Translations under genes and position numbers: made by a program
In this document: piece by piece, positions 54,033 to 64,000 of the stretch
Layout: every line of letters begins with the position of its first letter
How positions within the stretch are numbered: position 1 is the stretch's first letter
Source: Auanema rhodensis
Lineage: Eukaryota; Animalia; Nematoda
NCBI GenBank assembly: GCA_964057225.1
Contig: OZ059895.1
Location: 15,810,001 to 15,874,000, forward strand
DNA length: 64,000 nt
Reading direction: 5' to 3'
Notes under the pieces: generated by a model
The model's input: the letters and a program-made list of their open reading frames with translations, nothing else
Databases searched by the model: none
Told to the model about the DNA's origin: nothing

Positions 54033-57000
54033 TTCGAGAAAAGCGGACATTCACCGAGCACAACGTGACTACAGCCTGAACTTTTTTGTGAACAATCTTT
54101 TGGATGGGCCGGATATAAACCTCTTTTCCGGAAAAACGAAAGATCCTCGTCAATTCTCACTATGAAAATCAGATTCTACAGATCTGAATACCTCAGCTGA
54201 GTATATTCTTTTTGAAATATGTTTGATGAGGTTCGAGAAAAGCGGACATTCACCGAGCACAACGTGACTACAGCCTGAACTTTTTTGTGAACAATCTTTT
54301 GGATGGGCCGGATATAAACCTCTTTTCCGGAAAAACAAAAGATCCTCGTCAATTCTCACTATGAAAATCAGATTCTACAGATCTGAATACCTCAGCTGAG
54401 TATATTCTAAGTGAAATATGTTTGATGAGGTTCGAGAAAAGCGGACATTCACCGAGCACAACGTGACTACAGCCTGAACTTTTTTGTGAACAATCTTTTG
54501 GATGGGCCGGATATAAACCTCTTTTCCGGAAAAACAAAAGATCCTCGTCAATTCTCACTATGAAAATCAGATTCTACAGATCTGAATACCTCAGCTGAGT
54601 ATATTCTAAGTGAAATATGTTTGATGAGGTTCGAGAAAAGCGGACATTCACCGAGCACAACGTGACTACAGCCTGAACTTTTTTGTGAACAATCTTTTGG
54701 ATGGGCCGGATATAAACCTCTTTTCCGGAAAAACCAAAGATCCTCGTCAATTCTCACTATGAAAATCAGATTCTACAGATCTGAATACCTCAGCTGAGTA
54801 TATTCTAAGTGAAATATGTTTGATGAGGTTCGAGAAAAGCGGACATTCACCGAGCACAACGTGACTACAGCCTGAACTTTTTTGTGAACAATCTTTTGGA
54901 TGGGCCGGATATAAACCTCTTTTCCGGAAAAACGAAAGATCCTCGTCAATTCTCACTATGAAAATCAGATTCTACAGATCTGAATACCTCAGCTGAGTAT
55001 ATTCTTAGTGAAATATGTTTGATGAGGTTCGAGAAAAGCGGACATTCACCGAGCACAACGTGACTACAGCCTGAACTTTTTTGTGAACAATCTTTTGGAT
55101 GGGCCGGATATAAACCTCTTTTCCGGAAAAACAAAAGATCCTCGTCAATTCTCACTATGAAAATCAGATTCTACAGATCTGAATACCTCAGCTGAGTATA
55201 TTCTTAGTGAAATATGTTTGATGAGGTTCGAGAAAAGCGGACATTCACCGAGCACAACGTGACTACAGCCTGAACTTTTTTGTGAACAATCTTTTGGATG
55301 GGCCGGATATAAACCTCTTTTCCGGAAAAACGAAAGATCCTCGTCAATTCTCACTATGAAAATCAGATTCTACAGATCTGAATACCTCAGCTGAGTATAT
55401 TCTTAGTGAAATATGTTTGATGAGGTTCGAGAAAAGCGGACATTCACCGAGCACAACGTGACTACAGCCTGAACTTTTTTGTGAACAATCTTTTGGATGG
55501 GCCGGATATAAACCTCTTTTCCGGAAAAACGAAAGATCCTCGTCAATTCTCACTATGAAAATCAGATTCTACAGATCTGAATACCTCAGCTGAGTATATT
55601 CTTAGTGAAATATGTTTGATGAGGTTTGAGAAAAGCGGACATTCACCGAGCACAACGTGACTACAGCCTGAACTTTTTTGTGAACAATCTTTTGGATGGG
55701 CCGGATATAAACCTCTTTTCCGGAAAAACCAAAGATCCTCGTCAATTCTCACTATGAAAATCAGATTCTACAGATCTGAATACTTCAGTTTAGTATATTC
55801 TTAGTGAAATATGTTTGATGAGGTTCGAGAAAAGCGGACATTCACCGAGCACAACGTGACTACAGCCTGAACTTTTTTGTGAACAATCTTTTGGATGGGC
55901 CGGATATAAACCTCTTTTCCGGAAAAACGAAAGATCCTCGTCAATTCTCACTATGAAAATCAGATTCTACAGATCTGAATACTTCAGTTTAGTATATTCT
56001 TAGTGAAATATGTTTGATGAGGTTCGAGAAAAGCGGACATTCACCGAGCACAACGTGACTACAGCCTGAACTTTTTTGTGAACAATCTTTTGGATGGGCC
56101 GGATATAAACCTCTTTTCCGGAAAAACGAAAGATCCTCGTCAATTCTCACTATGAAAATCAGATTCTACAGATCTGAATACTTCAGTTTAGTATATTCTT
56201 AGTGAAATATGTTTGATGAGGTTCGAGAAAAGCGGACATTCACCGAGCACAACGTGACTACAGCCTGAACTTTTTTGTGAACAATCTTTTGGATGGGCCG
56301 GATATAAACCTCTTTTCCGGAAAAACGAAAGATCCTCGTCAATTCTCACTATGAAAATCAGATTCTACAGATCTGAATACCTCAGCTGAGTATATTCTTT
56401 TTGAAATATGTTTGATGAGGTTCGAGAAAAGCGGACATTCACCGAGCACAACGTGACTACAGCCTGAACTTTTTTGTGAACAATCTTTTGGATGGGCCGG
56501 ATATAAACCTCTTTTCCGGAAAAACCAAAGATCCTCGTCAATTCTCACTATGAAAATCAGATTCTACAGATCTGAATACCTCAGCTGAGTATATTCTAAG
56601 TGAAATATGTTTGATGAGGTTCGAGAAAAGCGGACATTCACCGAGCACAACGTGACTACAGCCTGAACTTTTTTGTGAACAATCTTTTGGATGGGCCGGA
56701 TATAAACCTCTTTTCCGGAAAAACCAAAGATCCTCGTCAATTCTCACTATGAAAATCAGATTCTACAGATCTGAATACCTCAGCTGAGTATATTCTTAGT
56801 GAAATATGTTTGATGAGGTTCGAGAAAAGCGGACATTCACCGAGCACAACGTGACTACAGCCTGAACTTTTTTGTGAACAATCTTTTGGATGGGCCGGAT
56901 ATAAACCTCTTTTCCGGAAAAACCAAAGATCCTCGTCAATTCTCACTATGAAAATCAGATTCTACAGATCTGAATACTTCAGTTTAGTATATTCTTAGTG

Positions 57001-60000
57001 AAATATGTTTGATGAGGTTCGAGAAAAGCGGACATTCACCGAGCACAACGTGACTACAGCCTGAACTTTTTTGTGAACAATCTTTTGGATGGGCCGGATA
57101 TAAACCTCTTTTCCGGAAAAACGAAAGATCCTCGTCAATTCTCACTATGAAAATCAGATTCTACAGATCTGAATACTTCAGTTTAGTATATTCTTAGTGA
57201 AATATGTTTGATGAGGTTCGAGAAAAGCGGACATTCACCGAGCACAACGTGACTACAGCCTGAACTTTTTTGTGAACAATCTTTTGGATGGGCCGGATAT
57301 AAACCTCTTTTCCGGAAAAACGAAAGATCCTCGTCAATTCTCACTATGAAAATCAGATTCTACAGATCTGAATACCTCAGCTGAGTATATTCTTTTTTAA
57401 ATATGTTTGATGAGGTTCGAGAAAAGCGGACATTCACCGAGCACAACGTGACTACAGCCTGAACTTTTTTGTGAACAATCTTTTGGATGGGCCGGATATA
57501 AACCTCTTTTCCGGAAAAACCAAAGATCCTCGTCAATTCTCACTATGAAAATCAGATTCTATAGATCTGAATACCTCAGCTGAGTATATTCTTTTTGAAA
57601 TATGTTTGATGAGGTTCGAGAAAAGCGGACATTCACCGAGCACAACGTGACTACAGCCTGAACTTTTTTGTGAACAATCTTTTGGATGGGCCGGATATAA
57701 ACCTCTTTTCCGGAAAAACCAAAGATCCTCGTCAATTCTCACTATGAAAATCAGATTCTATAGATCTGAATACCTCAGCTGAGTATATTCTTTTTGAAAT
57801 ATGTTTGATGAGGTTCGAGAAAAGCGGACATTCACCGAGCACAACGTGACTACAGCCTGAACTTTTTTGTGAACAATCTTTTGGATGGGCCGGATATAAA
57901 CCTCTTTTCCGGAAAAACCAAAGATCCTCGTCAATTCTCACTATGAAAATCAGATTCTATAGATCTGAATACCTCAGCTGAGTATATTCTTTTTGAAATA
58001 TGTTTGATGAGGTTCGAGAAAAGCGGACATTCACCGAGCACAACGTGACTACAGCCTGAACTTTTTTGTGAACAATCTTTTGGATGGGCCGGATATAAAC
58101 CTCTTTTCCGGAAAAACCAAAGATCCTCGTCAATTCTCACTATGAAAATCAGATTCTACAGATCTGAATACTTCAGTTGAGTATATTCTTTTTGAAATAT
58201 GTTTGATGAGGTTCGAGAAAAGCGGACATTCACCGAGCACAACGTGACTACAGCCTGAACTTTTTTGTGAACAATCTTTTGGATGGGCCGGATATAAACC
58301 TCTTTTCCGGAAAAACCAAAGATCCTCGTCAATTCTCACTATGAAAATCAGATTCTATAGATCTGAATACCTCAGCTGAGTATATTCTTTTTGAAATATG
58401 TTTGATGAGGTTCGAGAAAAGCGGACATTCACCGAGCACAACGTGACTACAGCCTGAACTTTTTTGTGAACAATCTTTTGGATGGGCCGGATATAAACCT
58501 CTTTTCCGGAAAAACCAAAGATCCTCGTCAATTCTCACTATGAAAATCAGATTCTATAGATCTGAATACCTCAGCTGAGTATATTCTTTTTGAAATATGT
58601 TTGATGAGGTTCGAGAAAAGCGGACATTCACCGAGCACAACGTGACTACAGCCTGAACTTTTTTGTGAACAATCTTTTGGATGGGCCGGATATAAACCTC
58701 TTTTCCGGAAAAACCAAAGATCCTCGTCAATTCTCACTATGAAAATCAGATTCTATAGATCTGAATACCTCAGCTGAGTATATTCTTTTTGAAATATGTT
58801 TGATGAGGTTCGAGAAAAGCGGACATTCACCGAGCACAACGTGACTACAGCCTGAACTTTTTTGTGAACAATCTTTTGGATGGGCCGGATATAAACCTCT
58901 TTTCCGGAAAAACCAAAGATCCTCGTCAATTCTCACTATGAAAATCAGATTCTATAGATCTGAATACCTCAGCTGAGTATATTCTTTTTGAAATATGTTT
59001 GATGAGGTTCGAGAAAAGCGGACATTCACCGAGCACAACGTGACTACAGCCTGAACTTTTTTGTGAACAATCTTTTGGATGGGCCGGATATAAACCTCTT
59101 TTCCGGAAAAACCAAAGATCCTCGTCAATTCTCACTATGAAAATCAGATTCTATAGATCTGAATACCTCAGCTGAGTATATTCTTTTTGAAATATGTTTG
59201 ATGAGGTTCGAGAAAAGCGGACATTCACCGAGCACAACGTGACTACAGCCTGAACTTTTTTGTGAACAATCTTTTGGATGGGCCGGATATAAACCTCTTT
59301 TCCGGAAAAACCAAAGATCCTCGTCAATTCTCACTATGAAAATCAGATTCTATAGATCTGAATACCTCAGCTGAGTATATTCTTTTTGAAATATGTTTGA
59401 TGAGGTTCGAGAAAAGCGGACATTCACCGAGCACAACGTGACTACAGCCTGAACTTTTTTGTGAACAATCTTTTGGATGGGCCGGATATAAACCTCTTTT
59501 CCGGAAAAACCAAAGATCCTCGTCAATTCTCACTATGAAAATCAGATTCTATAGATCTGAATACCTCAGCTGAGTATATTCTTTTTGAAATATGTTTGAT
59601 GAGGTTCGAGAAAAGCGGACATTCACCGAGCACAACGTGACTACAGCCTGAACTTTTTTGTGAACAATCTTTTGGATGGGCCGGATATAAACCTCTTTTC
59701 CGGAAAAACCAAAGATCCTCGTCAATTCTCACTATGAAAATCAGATTCTATAGATCTGAATACCTCAGCTGAGTATATTCTTTTTGAAATATGTTTGATG
59801 AGGTTCGAGAAAAGCGGACATTCACCGAGCACAACGTGACTACAGCCTGAACTTTTTTGTGAACAATCTTTTGGATGGGCCGGATATAAACCTCTTTTCC
59901 GGAAAAACCAAAGATCCTCGTCAATTCTCACTATGAAAATCAGATTCTACAGATCTGAATACTTCAGTTGAGTATATTCTTTTTGAAATATGTTTGATGA

Positions 60001-63000
60001 GGTTCGAGAAAAGCGGACATTCACCGAGCACAACGTGACTACAGCCTGAACTTTTTTGTGAACAATCTTTTGGATGGGCCGGATATAAACCTCTTTTCCG
60101 GAAAAACCAAAGATCCTCGTCAATTCTCACTATGAAAATCAGATTCTATAGATCTGAATACCTCAGCTGAGTATATTCTTTTTGAAATATGTTTGATGAG
60201 GTTCGAGAAAAGCGGACATTCACCGAGCACAACGTGACTACAGCCTGAACTTTTTTGTGAACAATCTTTTGGATGGGCCGGATATAAACCTCTTTTCCGG
60301 AAAAACCAAAGATCCTCGTCAATTCTCACTATGAAAATCAGATTCTACAGATCTGAATACTTCAGTTGAGTATATTCTTTTTGAAATATGTTTGATGAGG
60401 TTCGAGAAAAGCGGACATTCACCGAGCACAACGTGACTACAGCCTGAACTTTTTTGTGAACAATCTTTTGGATGGGCCGGATATAAACCTCTTTTCCGGA
60501 AAAACGAAAGATCCTCGTCAATTCTCACTATGAAAATCAGATTCTACAGATCTGAATACTTCAGTTTAGTATATTCTTAGTGAAATATGTTTGATGAGGT
60601 TCGAGAAAAGCGGACATTCACCGAGCACAACGTGACTACAGCCTGAACTTTTTTGTGAACAATCTTTTGGATGGGCCGGATATAAACCTCTTTTCCGGAA
60701 AAACGAAAGATCCTCGTCAATTCTCACTATGAAAATCAGATTCTACAGATCTGAATACCTCAGCTGAGTATATTCTTTTTGAAATATGTTTGATGAGGTT
60801 CGAGAAAAGCGGACATTCACCGAGCACAACGTGACTACAGCCTGAACTTTTTTGTGAACAATCTTTTGGATGGGCCGGATATAAACCTCTTTTCCGGAAA
60901 AACGAAAGATCCTCGTCAATTCTCACTATGAAAATCAGATTCTACAGATCTGAATACCTCAGCTGAGTATATTCTTTTTGAAATATGTTTGATGAGGTTC
61001 GAGAAAAGCGGACATTCACCGAGCACAACGTGACTACAGCCTGAACTTTTTTGTGAACAATCTTTTGGATGGGCCGGATATAAACCTCTTTTCCGGAAAA
61101 ACGAAAGATCCTCGTCAATTCTCACTATGAAAATCAGATTCTACAGATCTGAATACCTCAGCTGAGTATATTCTTAGTGAAATATGTTTGATGAGGTTCG
61201 AGAAAAGCGGACATTCACCGAGCACAACGTGACTACAGCCTGAACTTTTTTGTGAACAATCTTTTGGATGGGCCGGATATAAACCTCTTTTCCGGAAAAA
61301 CGAAAGATCCTCGTCAATTCTCACTATGAAAATCAGATTCTACAGATCTGAATACCTCAGCTGAGTATATTCTTTTTGAAATATGTTTGATCAGGTTCGA
61401 GAAAAGCGGACATTCACCGAGCACAACGTGACTACAGCCTGAACTTTTTTGTGAACAATCTTTTGGATGGGCCGGATATAAACCTCTTTTCCGGAAAAAC
61501 GAAAGATCCTCGTCAATTCTCACTATGAAAATCAGATTCTACAGATCTGAATACCTCAGCTGAGTATATTCTTTTTGAAATATGTTTGATCAGGTTCGAG
61601 AAAAGCGGACATTCACCGAGCACAACGTGACTACAGCCTGAACTTTTTTGTGAACAATCTTTTGGATGGGCCGGATATAAACCTCTTTTCCGGAAAAACC
61701 AAAGATCCTCGTCAATTCTCACTATGAAAATCAGATTCTACAGATCTGAATACCTCAGCTGAGTATATTCTAAGTGAAATATGTTTGATGAGGTTCGAGA
61801 AAAGCGGACATTCACCGAGCACAACGTGACTACAGCCTGAACTTTTTTGTGAACAATCTTTTGGATGGGCCGGATATAAACCTCTTTTCCGGAAAAACCA
61901 AAGATCCTCGTCAATTCTCACTATGAAAATCAGATTCTACAGATCTGAATACTTCAGTTGAGTATATTCTTTTTGAAATATGTTTGATGAGGTTCGAGAA
62001 CAGCGGACATTCACCGAGCACAACGTGACTACAGCCTGAACTTTTTTGTGAACAATCTTTTGGATGGGCCGGATATAAACCTCTTTTCCGGAAAAACGAA
62101 AGATCCTCGTCAATTCTCACTATGAATATCAGATTCTACAGATCTGAATACTTCAGTTTAGTATATTCTTAGTGAAATATGTTTGATGAGGTTCGAGAAA
62201 AGCGGACATTCACCGAGCACAACGTGACTACAGCCTGAACTTTTTTGTGAACAATCTTTTGGATGGGCCGGATATAAACCTCTTTTCCGGAAAAACGAAA
62301 GATCCTCGTCAATTCTCACTATGAAAATCAGATTCTACAGATCTGAATACCTCAGCTGAGTATATTCTTTTTGAAATATGTTTGATGAGGTTCGAGAAAA
62401 GCGGACATTCACCGAGCACAACGTGACTACAGCCTGAACTTTTTTGTGAACAATCTTTTGGATGGGCCGGATATAAACCTCTTTTCCGGAAAAACGAAAG
62501 ATCCTCGTCAATTCTCACTATGAAAATCAGATTCTACAGATCTGAATACCTCAGCTGAGTATATTCTTTTTGAAATATGTTTGATGAGGTTCGAGAAAAG
62601 CGGACATTCACCGAGCACAACGTGACTACAGCCTGAACTTTTTTGTGAACAATCTTTTGGATGGGCCGGATATAAACCTCTTTTCCGGAAAAACCAAAGA
62701 TCCTCGTCAATTCTCACTATGAAAATCAGATTCTACAGATCTGAATACCTCAGCTGAGTATATTCGTTTTGAAATATGTTTGATGAGGTTCGAGAAAAGC
62801 GGACATTCACCGAGCACAACGTGACTACAGCCTGAACTTTTTTGTGAACAATCTTTTGGATGGGCCGGATATAAACCTCTTTTCCGGAAAAACGAAAGAT
62901 CCTCGTCAATTCTCACTATGAAAATCAGATTCTACAGATCTGAATACCTCAGCTGAGTATATTCGTTTTGAAATATGTTTGATGAGGTTCGAGAAAAGCG

Positions 63001-64000
63001 GACATTCACCGAGCACAACGTGACTACAGCCTGAACTTTTTTGTGAACAATCTTTTGGATGGGCCGGATATAAACCTCTTTTCCGGAAAAACGAAAGATC
63101 CTCGTCAATTCTCACTATGAAAATCAGATTCTACAGATCTGAATACCTCAGCTGAGTATATTCTTAGTGAAATATGTTTGATGAGGTTCGAGAAAAGCGG
63201 ACATTCACCGAGCACAACGTGACTACAGCCTGAACTTTTTTGTGAACAATCTTTTGGATGGGCCGGATATAAACCTCTTTTCCGGAAAAACGAAAGATCC
63301 TCGTCAATTCTCACTATGAAAATCAGATTCTACAGATCTGAATACCTCAGCTGAGTATATTCTTTTTGAAATATGTTTGATCAGGTTCGAGAAAAGCGGA
63401 CATTCACCGAGCACAACGTGACTACAGCCTGAACTTTTTTGTGAACAATCTTTTGGATGGGCCGGATATAAACCTCTTTTCCGGAAAAACGAAAGATCCT
63501 CGTCAATTCTCACTATGAAAATCAGATTCTACAGATCTGAATACCTCAGCTGAGTATATTCTTTTTGAAATATGTTTGATCAGGTTCGAGAAAAGCGGAC
63601 ATTCACCGAGCACAACGTGACTACAGCCTGAACTTTTTTGTGAACAATCTTTTGGATGGGCCGGATATAAACCTCTTTTCCGGAAAAACCAAAGATCCTC
63701 GTCAATTCTCACTATGAAAATCAGATTCTACAGATCTGAATACCTCAGCTGAGTATATTCTAAGTGAAATATGTTTGATGAGGTTCGAGAAAAGCGGACA
63801 TTCACCGAGCACAACGTGACTACAGCCTGAACTTTTTTGTGAACAATCTTTTGGATGGGCCGGATATAAACCTCTTTTCCGGAAAAACCAAAGATCCTCG
63901 TCAATTCTCACTATGAAAATCAGATTCTACAGATCTGAATACTTCAGTTGAGTATATTCTTTTTGAAATATGTTTGATGAGGTTCGAGAAAAGCGGACAT
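54033..64000. repeat. 199-bp tandem satellite, ~50 near-identical copies, continuing beyond window
   Basis: The unit TTCGAGAAAAGCGGACATTC...ATATGTTTGATGAGG recurs every 199 bp with a few polymorphic sites and no visible indels. Confidence 0.99.

Noticed and set aside
54033-54231. Hammerhead ribozyme in the satellite monomer (TTGATGAG, CGAAA, GTC)
   Set aside because: The core needs CUGANGA but has TTGA, the CGAAA is polymorphic, and stems II/III with a UH cleavage site cannot be formed properly.
54150-63911. Repeated 69-aa ORF (MRIDEDL...) in each satellite unit
   Set aside because: It starts at GTG, the 199-bp period is not a multiple of 3, several units carry stops, and it has no recognisable domain. 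It is a by-product of the repeat.
54033-64000. CRISPR array
   Set aside because: No unique spacers (whole units are near-identical), the context is eukaryotic and there are no cas genes.

Overview
AT-rich, gene-dense eukaryotic DNA, almost certainly from a rhabditid nematode. The evidence is very short introns (~35-50 nt), a U1 snRNA and tRNA-Asp of C. elegans type, an Srt-class chemoreceptor and operon-like spacing. The ORF track is mostly misleading because genes are split into many small exons, so I rebuilt the gene models by hand. Bases 1-51 kb hold about 18 protein genes: GT11 fucosyltransferase, an unknown gene, YIPF6, primase large subunit, HMG20, a small Cys-rich TM protein, FA2H, NOP10, a small membrane protein, a TAF1A-like protein, PSMG3/PAC3, mitochondrial IleRS (hosting an intronic U14 snoRNA), a small ORF, FIG4, SLC25A46, eIF3j, LSD1/spr-5, an FBXO28-like protein and an Srt GPCR. 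Then come a tandem duplicated tRNA-Asp + U1 snRNA unit, a glycine-zipper gene remnant, and a ~50-copy 199-bp satellite running off the window end. Most interesting: (i) mito-IleRS has no usable start codon of its own and appears to start inside the last PSMG3 exon in another frame, consistent with mutually exclusive cis-/trans-splicing at a shared acceptor; (ii) a divergent TAF1A (Pol I SL1) homologue; (iii) the structured satellite with nascent higher-order repeats next to the tRNA/U1 repeat, a candidate programmed-DNA-elimination or heterochromatin boundary. All homology calls are from motif recognition, not database searches.
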